From NCBI RefSeq assembly GCF_036971445.1, contig NC_091473.1, positions 205,530,001-205,594,000 of the forward strand: a stretch of 64,000 bases of DNA, in the 5' to 3' direction. The notes beneath the pieces were generated by a model, which searched no databases, was not told the origin of the DNA, and worked only from the letters and a program-made list of their open reading frames with translations. The DNA comes from Narcine bancroftii. Its lineage: Eukaryota. The translations under genes were made by a program, and so were the position numbers. Below, one piece after another: positions 22,670 through 36,108 of the stretch (positions within the stretch are counted from its first letter, which is position 1; each line of letters opens with the position of its first letter).

Positions 22670-25600
22670 AAGGGGACTTCCTTCTGGCCGCTGATGAAAT
22701 AGCAACTTTTTGAAGTTGGTCCAGCTTATCTTATCATTTTCAAATTTTTAAAGTCCTTATTCTTTAAACACGTTGCGCCTTAAATTGATTGGATTAACGG
22801 CAGTAATTGTCTTCAATATGGATAGAAGGAGATAAGAGGATCCTCCTGCATCTTGGGAATCTCTTATGGAATTGCTTGGACAACATACGAAAGAATTCTC
22901 TGATGAGAAAGTAATTCATAAAGGAATTTAAGTAGATGAATGCTAATTTGGATTAATTTACAGAAATATAAGAAGATCATGACAGACGTATTCATGATAA
23001 TGAAGCAATCTCGACTGTTGTGGATACAAGACTGAATTATATTTCAAGTGTTAAGTAAAAAGCTGTAAAATATAATTAAGAATGAAATCAGAATATCATT
23101 AACTTAGAAAACAAAAGCAGAGGAAATAACGTACGAATTCAGGGCTTGAAAGAGTCAAATGAGGGTGATCAACCTACTAAATCCTTCGAAAGATTTTTGT
23201 TAGAAATGTATGGTCCTGGAGTCTGACGACTCTCCCTGTCAGTTCCAGTCAGAGAACTCGATCGGTTATTGTATGTCTTCATTAATTTCAAACTAAGAAG
23301 CTTTTAATACGTGAATATGGTGGAAGAGGAATGATGGACTACAAAGGTCAGAAGATTCGTCTACTTGAAGATTATTCTCCCGATGTAACGAGTAAGAGTG
23401 TTAGATATAAGAAGATCATGTCGTATTTCTACAACCAAAGGGTTTAGAGGGGTTAAGTCTTCATTGATTTTCCAATGCTCCTTCGAATTACATTGAAGGA
23501 CAAATCTAAGAAATAGTGTTGTTCCGATTAAGATGGCCAGGAGCTTTTGGACGAATATCTGCCATCTATTTACTCTCCGTCAGTGTAACTGTTTCTCTAT
23601 TTCACTGTAGATGATTAACTTCTCGAATCTTTTAATTAATAGAATAAGATATTATTGATTTAATGCTTTAATTGTTTATAAATTTTGATTTGAGTGTTCT
23701 GAAACATTTTAACCACTTAGAATGTAATAATAAGCTTATTCAATGTGATTTAACGATTTAAATTAATCTTATAATGCGGAGGTAGCTCCTCGTTGTTCGA
23801 AATGCATCAATGGAGATGCTTCATTTATTCATACGTTTTTGATTTATCAAATGTGAGAAATATTGGAACCAAGTATTTCAACACTTCTCTGCATGCCTAA
23901 TACCTTAACGTCCTTATTTTGCATAGTTGGAGAGAATGACATAAAGTCAACAGCATCTGATCTGCATTTACTAGGTTTTAATTTTCTCATGGCTCGGTGG
24001 GCAGTGTTTCTCAGATGGACAGACGTTGCTTTGTCTATTCCTGCTCAATGGATACGTGGTCTAATGGGATATTGATATTTATAGAAGATTAGATGCTCAA
24101 TCTTTGAATTATTTCATAAATTTTCATTTGATATGATGGTAGAGGTTTTGACTAATGCGACAATTTACTACTTCGATAAGAATTTGTTGTTTCTTTGCTT
24201 TTAGTCAAATAGCTTATTTCTTGGTATTGGGTTTGGATCTTTTTATTAATAACAAAATATTAATATAATATAGCTTGCTTGGTTGACAATGTGGGGTACG
24301 TTGGAAGAAATTATATGATTTAAGTGCAATGCATCTCCTTTACTTTTAACATATATCCTTATCCATGCTGTATTTTGATGTTAAATTTCAATGTTAATAA
24401 AACTAGAGAAAAATGGAAAATATGTTAGTATCTCCGTATTTTCATTCAAATGGTTTTCGTTTGTTAACAATGGTTTGAATGTCTTATTTTATTGTGAAAA
24501 CATAATTATCATCTGTGTCTCTGTCCTTTGCATTAATTGTAGCAGCTGTGTTTTGTCTCGTTTTGTATGTATTTAAGGTTGATTATAATTTTGGAGTTTT
24601 TCCCCAGCAGAAAAAAATGAGGAGAGGGAATAACGTGCCATCTGTCTTTTAGTCGACTTTCTGGCTGCGGGAGGAAAATTGAGATTATTTTTCTGCATTT
24701 TCCTGATAGCTAATTTGGCTTTACAGAGACTCATCTGCTTTTTATTTATTTCATTCTCAATGCTTGTTCAGTATAATTTGAATTAGCTTTTTACTTGCTT
24801 GCCTTTTACTAAAAAAAATTAACCAAAGTATTCATTTACTTAGTTTTAAAGTCAATGGGTTAAATCACCCTGTAAAATGAAATAATAGTTTTCTTACATT
24901 AAAAAAAATACAAGATCCAAATTATATTTCAGCAAGAAACGCATGTAAGCAACAATGACAACACACATCATTTTAGACGGAGGGAGAGAATGTGCTGTCA
25001 TTAGTAATTTCTGGTTAAATCTAGCGGACTACCGAACTCTATAGATCATACAATTCCCTTTATTCAACATAATCATGTGTCACATAAAAACGGCCGTCTC
25101 GCTGTTGTGAGAGGTAAAATGTATAACTAATTGTTAGGCTTGGTAATATATCTGCTCCGTATGTGGATGATCCTTAATTCTGTAAACGTTTTATTTCCAG
25201 CTTTTCATGATTTGAACCTTTCATATTTAGTGATTAGTGGAGGCTTTAATTATTAGTTAGATCCAGTCTTTGACTGCTCCTTCTCTGGACCAGACTTTTT
25301 CAATCATCGGCTTTATTTATTCAATGTTTAAAAAGAATGTGGTATTATCAATGTCTGGCATCTGTTTATCATCTAGAATGTAGAGAACATTGGTTTTTAT
25401 CTTACATGCATTCACAGATCGACTACTCTTTGTTGATATTTAATTGATCCTGCAAATTCGATGGGGAGAATAAAAAAAAATATAATAATTTCTGACCATA
25501 ATCCCGTGTTTATATCCTTAAAATTCTCGGCTAGTCCCCAAATAAACAGGTATTGGTGTTTCAATTCCACCCTTCTTTCTGGTAAAGATTTTCTTAAAGT

Positions 25601-28045
25601 TCTTGGAAGAACAAATTACAATCTTTTAAAAGAAATACCGAGGAAGATATTTCTAGTCTTATTGTTTGAGACGCTTTCAAGGCTTTTTATTCGAGTACAA
25701 TTTATCTCTGATATTGTTTGTATTAACAATAAAAGCCAAATAAAGAGAAAACTGATATACCTAATCAACTGAAACAAGTAAATCATATTATGACTCCAGA
25801 CCGTGCGTGTCGAAATTAAAACTAAATTTCATGTCCTTTTAATATATCCAATAAAATCAAAATTTAAAAAGATAAAAGTAAATTTTATGTTCATGGAAAT
25901 AAAACAGACAAACGATTGGCTAACCAACAGAATGTTTTAGTAGGCAAACGACAAATTAGAGAAATTCGCAAAGCTATTGGTATATGACAACTGATCATTT
26001 AGAAATAAATGATACCTTTAAGGAATTTTATTCTGAACTTTAGAGTTTCAATTTTCCAAAGGATAATATTGTAATGAATCAGCTTTTTAGATTAATCGAA
26101 TATTCCACTACTTACAGCTGCTGATCAAAATCAGTTGGATCAACCCATTTCATTTGAGGAAATTTCCGAGGTTATCACCATTCTGGGAAGTCACCATGCC
26201 ATTATAGATTTTCTGGTGAATTCTATAACGTTTTTTTCTCTCGTCCGTGGTCTGTTTATTTCCCTGATTCTTTTATGTTGGGGAATTGTCACAGACGATT
26301 TAATAAATCTTACATTGTTTTAATAAATCTTACACTCTTAAAAATAATAAATAATAAAAAATAATAAAAGCCAATTCGACTGGACGTCATATATGCCAAT
26401 TTATTTACGTAAAGTTGACATAAAAAAATCCAAAGTTTGGCTAACTATTTTCCCACTTACTATAACTGACGATCAGACTGGATTTATTAAAATAGGTATT
26501 AAATTTCAATATACGCCCTTTTAAATATATTATATATGCTCCTTCGAAGGCTATTTCAGAATGTGTTCGTGGAGAAGGCGAATGGAATTATTCATTAAAG
26601 ACTTAAGAGACATTTAACTTCGTGTCTGACTTTATTCAATTGAGACAGTTACTCTATGTATCCACCACTGCATGCATTATTACTGGCTTTGAAAATTCTA
26701 AATCATTTATTCTGCAGCACGGAACTACGAAAGGATGCTCTGTAATCCACTGCTTTTTGATTTGGGTTTAGAATCCTTAGCTGTCGCTTTTGGGAGAATC
26801 CAATGATATAATTAGCACTTTTCGGAAGTAGACAACCTACAAGGTTTTGCTTCATGATGATGAGGATGATTTATTGCTTTTTATTTCTGATATTGAGACT
26901 TTCTATGCTTTCTTTACTTTCTAATTGTAGACACTTTTCTGGCTATTAGTTGAATTTACGTTAAAGTGAACACTTTCCTTTGAATAATTTGGCAAAGGTC
27001 AATATTAATTTTCCTTTTAAGATTGTAAGAAATCAGTTTCATAATTTGGGTGTAATACTTACTAAGAATTGTAAATGCCTATTTAAAGAATTTTTTCTCA
27101 ATTTTAAAAGACGTGAGGGGGCGTTATCAAATGGGTCATCCATTTTTTTATCGTTTGTTGGTCGAATCAACTCTTACAATTAATATCTGAACCTAAACTT
27201 ACGTACCTTTGTCAGGCTTTGTCTGTTTTTATCTTGTCTTTTTTGATGGACATATCTTTTTACATATGGAATGAAAACACACCAGTCTAAATAAATTTCA
27301 CTTTCAAATAACTAACGAAAAATGTAGATTTAGCTCCACCAAACTTGAGGTTCTATTACAGGGCCGTGAACATACGAAATATTACGTTTTGCTCATATCA
27401 TAATAACCATAAAAAATGTCCAATATGGGTTTCCTTGTAATCTAATTCTGATAGAAAATTTTGTATTATCTATCTTTTTGGATCTTCTCTTGCTGTATCT
27501 TTAAATAAATGAAATGATGCTACGGTGATAAATATACTTTGAGGAGCTGGATATATTTTAGAAAACAGTTACGTTTATTGCGATTTTCATGTTTTAGTCC
27601 TTTTTTTCTATTTTTTAAAGCTTCTATGGTTGACGTAGCTTTTAAAGGATAGTATAGATTAGGTATCAAATATTTCGAAGATATATTTGTAGAGGGTGTC
27701 TCTCTTCTTTCAGCTAAATATAGTTCACTAAATGCACGTTGTCGTTTCCTACAGATCATAGATTTTTTTTGCGATTCCAATTGCATACATTTTTAATAGC
27801 TTTAATAAGAATTTAGAAGATATAAATTTTAAGTTTAAACCTTTATATAATCATTCAACATCTAATATTTATGGTATGCTGTTGGGAACAAGAGTGCTTT
27901 TTTTAAATAAAAGTTTGAAAAAGCCAGGGAACAAGACCTAGAGTTTTGATATTGGCAAGAAATTTGGAAAACAATTTTTAAAAATTGTTAATATTTCATC
28001 TTTATATGTTCGCCACGCTTCCCTACAATTTAAAATATGAATATT
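22670..28045 (+). mobile_element. Long decayed L1-clade LINE (ORF1 plus ORF2 EN/RT) with an L1 3'-end fragment at about 23770-24410
   Basis: ORF1 LENKSRGNNVRIQGL (23100), EN motifs VNGLNHP, QETH and SDHNP, RT DQTGFIK and GT.KGC-like motifs; many lesions. Confidence 0.85.
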
Positions 28046-28106
28046 GAAAATTTATATCGTGCAAGAAAATAATTGCATAACTAAATCTTTTTTCAAAATA
28101 TGGTGG

Positions 28107-28373
28107 ACGACTTTGGCAATGATCCACTGCCTTACAGACACCTCAGATGAGATCCGAAGAAGGGCAAACCATAAAACTGCACTGCAGTTACCCTCCTACC
28201 TTGATAGTCCACACCAGTTAGTAGTACATCCTATATCCTGAAGAATTATGGAGACATCTACTATCGAGCAGTCAGATCAATTCAGAGTCAGATAGTATTG
28301 ATATCTATTTGAAATAAACGTTACCAATCTTTTTATTATCTCTGACGCTGCTCTCTCCAACCTTGCCACATTG
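28107..28373 (+). pseudogene. Cryptic V pseudogene G
   Basis: DFGND..LQTPQMRSEEGQTIKLHCSY...**YILYPEE...IISDAALSN, then CACATTG 28367-28373; no recognisable nonamer; possible leader remnant at 22439-22476 on the far side of the L1. Confidence 0.7.
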
Positions 28374-29243
28374 GAACTCAGTGATTCTGAAGATAATCTC
28401 TTTTGATTTCTTTCTTCTATTGTTAGGGCCGCCGGTATTGCATATGAGGACTCTTTGGTATTTTTTAAATCAACAACAGACAGGAGTTGACATCGATACA
28501 TTTTAGTATTTAAAAAGTTAATTAAGAGACAACAAATGGAAAATCTGAAACATTGAAACCAACACTGAGACAGATTATTCGTCAATCGGAAAATTAGGAC
28601 ATCACTGCAGTTCCAACGATAAACCAAGACTGACCTGCTAAACATAAGAACCTGTTCTGCTGCAGAAAGTAATACTATCGGTACACAAATAAATTGTACC
28701 TTATGGATGACCATGGACGCACTATCATTAGCATTATTAAAACATGAATTCAGAAATAGATTTAGATTTAGGCATTGAAAAGAAAAAAAAAAGACTATTA
28801 AATATATTTATTGCATGAATTAGAGATGACATCCACCTCATAATTTACATATTTTTATGTCTCTTCCTCAACTAGTCCCCCACCCTCTCCCTTCTAATTA
28901 TTGAAGCAAAGACATATGGAATTATCATGAGGAGTTTCCTAATTGGTATTCTTATTTGTATAAGTATGTACTTACATATTCCTGTTATTTCAATGATATG
29001 TGCTCTAATAAGACGTCTCTTCTTGACTCTGTCTCTTCCCAGATTGAGCCCACATCGGTAGACGAGAGCGTCCTTGTTCAGATTGGGTCGGTTGTGAGAG
29101 ACAATTTATGAATATTCAACTAAATGCCCGTAATATCCCGAGAGAAGAGTATGATCCTAATCTGCATTTCCTCACATCAACGTGATCGGACGCAGAAGCA
29201 CTGTCATATCGATTGGAGGAGATTTGTTTTCAAATCAAACACC

Positions 29244-29510
29244 ATGTCCTTCTTCTGCTCTATATTGATTATAATTTCGCGTGCTCCAGTAAGTATTTGT
29301 TTTAATGGACACTGTGGTGACCGTGGCTTCGGTGGTCGTCCACATCACTCAGAGATTCCACACTTTATTTGCAGTTGCCAGTGGCGCAGATTGAAGCACC
29401 GAACAAACGCCTGAGCTGTCTGGCGAATATTGCCAAACTGTAACATTGAATATCAGTTATCCTGCACATTATCTAGTTATCCTGTATTCAGAAATATTCA
29501 ATATCCTGGG
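29244..29510 (+). pseudogene. Cryptic V pseudogene F, leader plus 5' half
   Basis: MSFFCSILIIISRAP|GTAAGT; TTGCAG acceptor at 29374; ASGAD*STEQTPELSGEYCQTVTLNISY...YPVFRNIQYPG (with a frameshift). Confidence 0.72.
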
Positions 29511-31230
29511 CATTAAGAAATAAAACACGAAAGTCTGCAGACAGTGTGGTTGAAAATACTAACAATGCAAAAGAAATTCAAATGGTCAAATGGCGTAGTT
29601 TATCCAGCAAAGATTAAAAAAAAAAGTACACAGCCAACGTTTCAGGCTTGAGTCCTGCATTAAGGGAGGAACACTGATATCCAATAAAAATATTATCCTC
29701 TGGGTCCGCAGACCGGTCACGTGTGTACACAGCCAAGTGTTCTGCTGTGAATCGATTGTTTCCGTCTTTCTCTCCCCCGTGCATGTGTTCCATGAGCCCC
29801 ACACCGCGGCAGAGAAGCAACAAATCTGAATGAAATAAAACCCGGGGGTTCCAGCGAGCACCTTCGAGCGGTTCTTCTCTCCCCGGTAAACAGAAGTACT
29901 GCGAGAGTGAAATGCATTTGAGCTTTCAGCATGTACGATGCCAAGTTTCTCATCCAAGGCGCAGATAATCAATAGTCCCGATGTTCTTCACTTCATTCAA
30001 GATGGTTTCGGGAAGTTATAATGAGTTTTCAAATGCAGAACCTTTGGAAATTAACTGCATAAACAAATTATCTGATGCTGAACTTCATAGAAAGCAGAGG
30101 TTTAAAATGAGGATGGAGATAAGATTGATCGTGATGCCCCAGCCTCAGTAAAGGCAGCGCTACTATATTGGTGTGGACCCACTAAGAGGGAGAAGCTGAG
30201 ACACAGCACTCTCGCGGGATCCAACCCTTCAGCTCAGTGAAGGCTTTGAATGAGCCGTTTAAAGAGCCGGCGGTGGGTTTATTTAAAATAGCGCAATCGC
30301 GGGGTCTGCGCCAGTGATGGCGACGGGTATGATCTGTAGTCACCAGGGGTGCAGACTCCAGGGAGGAAGAAGAGTTTGGCAGGGGACCATAAACCGGGGA
30401 AACCGGTGCCTTTTGAGAAGGAGAAGCAGAGGAGATGACCTACAGGATAGTGACCATGGTGGCGGTCATTGATGGATTCTGCTGTTGAAAGAAGCAGATA
30501 AGCGGCGCACATCCGCTGACTTGAGGCGAGGAACCCACAGAGGATTAAGGCTGCAGGAGACTGCAGTCAAGGGCTTTGCACTAGGCTGTGGAATGCTGGA
30601 GATTGGGTTGAAATTTCCTGAAAGGTTACCCCGTATTGGAACCAGGATTCAAGAGGGGGACGAGTCTGCTGAAGGGTTTCGAATCATATTGGAGGTTTGG
30701 ATCTGAATCTCAGTTCGCCGATGGTTTGGACTGTAATCCTGAGCGGTTGTAATCCTGCAGCATAAGATTGTTGCAATGCCTTCTGTTAAATCAGGAATCA
30801 TGGATAAAAATCATGCAAATAGTATCTTCAAGCTAACCTGCACACCTCACCGAAAATGTCCCACCCGCACTGGTATAATTTGCCAATCTTATAAATGAAT
30901 TTGTCCGTCGAAATGTTTCATTAAATTTGCAACAATACCTCCCCAGTTACCCCATATGATAGCTTGCTCCATTCACCCACCGCACACAGTTTATGATGTA
31001 TTCATTGGCGGCGGAGGCTGCGGTGCCGATGGATGCAAATCCACGGACATTCGGAGACTCCAGGGGAACTCTATTTTTTTTAACCTTTCTGAATCTGACT
31101 GTAAAAGGCGCCTCAGGAAATTTCTGCCGATGACGAATCTGTCCGATTACAACATCAATTTTGTGTAATACGACACTGTTTTATTAAGTGACTATAAATG
31201 TAATATTAAATCCTGATTCTTGACTCTTGA
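29511..31230. mobile_element. Composite repeat-derived insertion separating the two V-like halves
   Basis: Abrupt loss of V homology after QYPG; ends in a retroposon-like CTGATTCTTGACTCTTGA tail; families not identified. Confidence 0.4.
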
Positions 31231-31239
31231 ATCTATTGA

Positions 31240-31448
31240 ATTGGATCCAAATCGGTGACTTTATTAAACCGTGCCATTAGTGCAGCCTCCGTAGCGAAGT
31301 GCAGAAAATGCAATTAATTAGCCTGCGAATTGACGACAAGGAGAGAAGTGCACCTTTTGACGAGAGATATTGATTCCGACTCTGCTAAGTATCTCCTTGG
31401 AATGAGATTCGCTGTGTGGCAGAGAAGCAGAAGTTCCAAACAAAAATG
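31240..31448 (+). pseudogene. V 3' remnant with 23-RSS (probably the 3' half of F)
   Basis: SDSAKYLLGMR, then CGCTGTG 31410-31416, exactly 23 nt, ACAAAAATG 31440-31448. Confidence 0.68.
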
Positions 31449-31810
31449 AACCAGTGCATTTTCAGCGAATGCCTACAAGAGTGCAGAGGCTTCATTGTAA
31501 AGGAAAATTATTCGAGACTAAAAGATTCTTGGTGGTTTCAACAAATGCTCTGTCTACATTCCTGAATTTCAAGTAAAAGGACCACAATTCTTCCAATGTT
31601 GTCCATGCTCGTTGTTTGTAAATCACACGCTCCGACACTATCAATATTAGTACCTATTAAACTAGCCATCTACAAGAATATATATTTTCCGCCTTGATAT
31701 CGAGGTAAATTATTGTAAATTTATACTGAGTTATAGAAACTCTTGATATGATTAGAATATTTTATTTGATATTCTGCATCCAGGAAGATTAGCGATTCAC
31801 CAGAAACCCT

Positions 31811-32340
31811 ATGTTTCAGCAATTATTTTGCTTGTTGCTGTTTTCAATTCCCGATATAGTGTGAGCACTGTGCCTTTCGGAAATCGCTGATAAGCTCGTG
31901 AAATGTAAAGTTTAGTGAGACCCCAAAGCTAGCTGCCATACCAGCTTTTGGTATTTCATTCTGAGAAATGCAGTTTTTGGAAATATGAGCTCTAATGTCC
32001 TGCTCCGCTAAATAAAGTTCATTCTTGTTCCTTGCACATGAAGTGTTTGCTTGTGTGTGTGCCTCCATTGGTTGTACCGTGACCCATCGCAGACCGCAAA
32101 ATACATGGGCCTCTGTGGGATAATGTAAACATTAAATTGCTTGAAGTATGTATCTGATTCTCGAAAGGATTGGCGTGGTGCAGAAAATTTAAAAGTTAAT
32201 TTGAAGCAGATTGGTATATTTATATAATGTCCTGTTGAAAGTGGATCTCTGAGAAGGTTCACTCTGAGCGGACGTCTATTACATAAGTTCATATACTGAA
32301 ACACAGAGAATGGTATCTCAGCAACAGGATGCAGAAAACT
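31811..32340 (+). pseudogene. Highly decayed V pseudogene H
   Basis: Hydrophobic leader-like MFQQLFCLLLFSIP then GTGAGC; TVTH, TLNC, LAWCRK and DVYY motifs in shifting frames; CACAGAG 32302-32308 + 22 nt + GCAGAAAAC. Confidence 0.5.
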
Positions 32341-32496
32341 TGAGCAATTTTGGCATTTAGTGTCAGAGTGCCCTCCTGTATCGTGAATGTGTTTCCAACA
32401 AGAATCTTCTCGGCAGTTCCTGGGAAATGTTTTTCCATTAAAAGGGCTGGAAATTGAAACACTAAATTTAGTGAGGAGATCTTAGAGACTGAGGAA

Positions 32497-32731
32497 NNNN
32501 NNNNNNNNNNNNNNNNNNNNNNNNNNNNNNNNNNNNNNNNNNNNNNNNNNNNNNNNNNNNNNNNNNNNNNNNNNNNNNNNNNNNNNNNNNNNNNNNNNNN
32601 NNNNNNNNNNNNNNNNNNNNNNNNNNNNNNNNNNNNNNNNNNNNNNNNNNNNNNNNNNNNNNNNNNNNNNNNNNNNNNNNNNNNNNNNNNNNNNNNNNNN
32701 NNNNNNNNNNNNNNNNNNNNNNNNNNNNNNN
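32497..32731. other. Assembly gap
   Basis: Run of N. Confidence 1.
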
Positions 32732-32901
32732 AAGCACGCGGGAAACAGAATCGTATAGCCAGAAATTTCCTCATTATGTCGCTAGCAAATCAGAAACCGC
32801 AGATCCGCTCATATTCTCGTGTCAAGCGAAGAACCTGCGCCTGATCAGTGTCGCATTAGAAATACCAAATCCACAGCAGACACACATTGAAACCAATTCG
32901 C

Positions 32902-33046
32902 TCATCCAATCTCTGGTTGACGCTGAAAATGTTATCTCTGTTTCCCGGTGAGACGCTGTATCAATGGATCTGCCGTGCCCCGTGACTACAGTTCAGTTCC
33001 AAGCTGATCACAGTTTTCCTGTTTTGTTGTAGGGGACTTTGGCGAC
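32902..33046 (+). pseudogene. V pseudogene C1, leader and first codons (GDFGD), split by the Gypsy element
   Basis: LWLTLKMLSLFP-G|GTGAGA; TTGTAG acceptor; homologous to 44343-44487. Confidence 0.82.
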
Positions 33047-34534
33047 AGTTTGTTATTGCGTACTTTCTTTGGTGTCGAGTAGGTGGGTGCGGTAAACCAA
33101 ACAAATTACTTTACTGAACACAACGAACCATGCTAGACATGGTAGAGAGGGGGAGATCGTTCCCACGGTGTGGTTTCTGGTCTCTGCCAATATTAGAATC
33201 AAATAATGTGCACTCGTGGGCCTCGCACATGCGCAACATGCTGTTGCAAGTACGGTGGCTGCAATGTGGTTATAGTGGGTACAGATAAGCTGATGACAAC
33301 GGCTGTCTATGTCCCTGACATGTCACATACGTTCTACTAGTGCAATAATATATACAAACAAACACTTTTCATTCAACCCAGTTCAGTACTGGTATTTTGG
33401 GTTGGGCTTACAGACAAGAGCAGCGCATATTTTGTAATAGCCATCCACTAATGTGGATGGTTAGAGCAACTTGTCCTGATTGTTTCTGCTGTCCACAGGC
33501 TGAGGGGAAATGTCCATCACCTCTTCTGTTGTTATGGGGATGGGGGCTCTTGTCTATCCAGGGCTCAGGTTCCAACTGCAAACATGCCGATTTGTCTTGG
33601 TTGTTTTTAGATGGAGTGGCTCTCCTACTGGGAGGATGCGTCGTCTGTTCTTCCTGTATATCTGCCTCCGAACGAACCAGGTAAGACGTGGGTTGCAGCC
33701 AGTTAATTTCCACGATACCCGGGTGATCGTAACCTTGTGAATGATTTGCGCTTTGGTCAATGGCATGATAGGCCACCTCGTTTATAGTTACTTTTATTTG
33801 TGCTAGCCTTCTGTTTATCAGCTGGACTTTGATGTCATACGGGTCCTTTGGTTTGGGCCCCAGAAATCTTCTTGCCACTGGTAGAGTAGTGCTGGTCTGC
33901 CTGTACTGAGGCAGGGTTGTGTCGTGGCGGCATGTTTCTTAAGTTTTGTAGAGTGAGCGAAATGTCTGCCCTCTCTCTGTGGAAATTCTCCATTAGTTGC
34001 TTGGCACTTCTCACCGCATTTCGAGCCAGCCCATTTGATTGTGTTAACTCTAGTCTGCTGGTGATGTGGCTGAAGTCTCATTCTGTCGCCAAATTGCGGA
34101 ACCTGTCGCAAGTGAACTGTCTACCGTTGTCCGAGAGAAATGTGTGAGCCGGCCCATGTACCAAAGAATCCATTTTAATTTGATGATGACAGCCACAAAG
34201 GTTTCGATCTGGAGCAGGTCTACATCAAACCAGCCTGAGTATGAATCTATTTGTATTATGTACTGTTGCCTCTGCCATTCAAAGATGTCAGAATCCTCGG
34301 TCGACCAGGGAAGGTCGGATACCGGGTGTAACTGCAATGGCTCTTTCTGCTAGTATGGCTTGGTACTATCTTCATCTATGTTCTCTGATGTCGCTGGCCA
34401 AAAGTAAATGCCCCTTATTCTGCGTTTTATTGCTTCGGCGCCAGGTTGCCCGCTGTGCAGTATCTCCACAGTGTTCTGGGGATGCCTGCACTAAATCCCT
34501 TCAGGATTACCCCATCATCAATAAACAAATCTTT

Positions 34535-36108
34535 CCCATTTTTGTTTAGTTTTACCATTAGTTTCCTCGTTTTCCTTTTCTTGCAGTTTGATGTACATGT
34601 TTGTTACAAATTTTTTGATTATCATTATGTCTGTAATCACATATTTAAAATTGGTTCCTTCTGGTAACCTCAGACTGTTTCCCAATTTGTCCTTCAAGTA
34701 GGTTTTCAGTTGGTAGTATGCAAATATTGTATCGTGAGTTATATTATATTTATCCTTCATTTGTTCAAAGGATAATAATTTATTTCCTGAAAAACAATTT
34801 TCTATTCTTTTGATCCCTTTTCTCTCCCATTTTCTAATAGAAATGTTATCTATTGTAAAAGGGATTAGCTGATTTTGCGTCAATATTAGTTTTGGTAGTT
34901 GGTAATTTGTTTTATTCCTTTCTACATGAATCTTCTTCCAAATGTTGAGCAGATGTTGCAATACCGGTGAATTCCTACGTTGTACCAATTTTTCATCCCA
35001 TTTATATAGTATATATACTATTTATATAGTATATCTTCTCCCCTATTTTACCTAGTTGTAATCTGGTCAAATCTGGTTTTTCCCTTGTTTGATAAAAATC
35101 TGATAGGTATCTTAATTGTGCGGCTCTATAATAATTTTTAAAGTTTGGTAGTTCTAAGCCTCATTGTTTGTACCATTCTGTTAATTTATCTAGTGCTATC
35201 CTCGGTTTCCCCCCTATCCATAAAAAATTCCTTAATATTTTCTTTAACTCCTTGAAAAATTTCTCTGTGATTTAAACATAAAGATAAAGAATGCAACATG
35301 GGAGAAGCTATGCTCCGGAACTATGAGAAATACAATAAACACGAGGTTACGTATGATACAATATAACTGGATATACAGGTTATACATCACACCTCAAAAG
35401 TTAAATAAACGAGACCCAACAGTATCAGACAGATGTTTTCGCTGTAAAAAGGAAACGGGAACAACAATTCAAGCAATTTGGACATGTGAGAAAGTGAAAA
35501 AATTTTGGAAAGATCTAAACCAGATATTAAGTAAAATCACAAAAAGCAATATACCAAAAAACCCAGAGATCTTCCTCCTAAGTAATATAAGAAACAAAGA
35601 ATTTAGACACGATTTGGATGGAGCACCAAAAAAGATTTGTTATGATAGCCCTAGCTGTAGCAAAAAAAATGTATTATGTCAACCTGTAAATTAGAAGGTA
35701 ACTTGAGAATACAACAATGGTATATAAAAATGAATAAGTGTATTCCATTAGAAAAAATAACATATAATTTAATAAATTATATTACAATATTCGAACAAAT
35801 ATGGGAGCCATACATGAAACACAATATAGAAATCCTACCGTGGACTTCCACCACCTAAAATGACAGATGGAGAAGATAATGAAAAGAACTGACTCAGTAA
35901 AATTTCTTGTTTGTTTTTATTAAGTGACAACATTGTTTAACGGGTTTAATGTATCTTATAGTTTGAACTTTAAATAAATGGGAAAGGGAGTGAGGAAGGG
36001 AGGGAAGGGAGGGGGAAAGGGGGAGAAAATGACACTGTATATATTTAAGAAGAAAAATGTCTTATGTATCTTGGTCAATATGGTTTATAGAGTGAAAAAA
36101 AATAAAAA
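34535..36108 (+). mobile_element. Young L1-clade insertion with 5' inversion (34535-35268 inverted, 35269-36108 direct)
   Basis: Minus ORF ends ..GKTKQKWE and plus ORF resumes DLNIKIK..CFRCKKE..IWTC; A-rich tail; 15-bp TSD AATAAACAAATCTTT (34520-34534 and 36109-36123). Confidence 0.9.

Noticed and set aside
28277-28714. 145-aa minus-strand ORF
   Set aside because: No domain signal; it partly overlaps the antisense of V remnant G.
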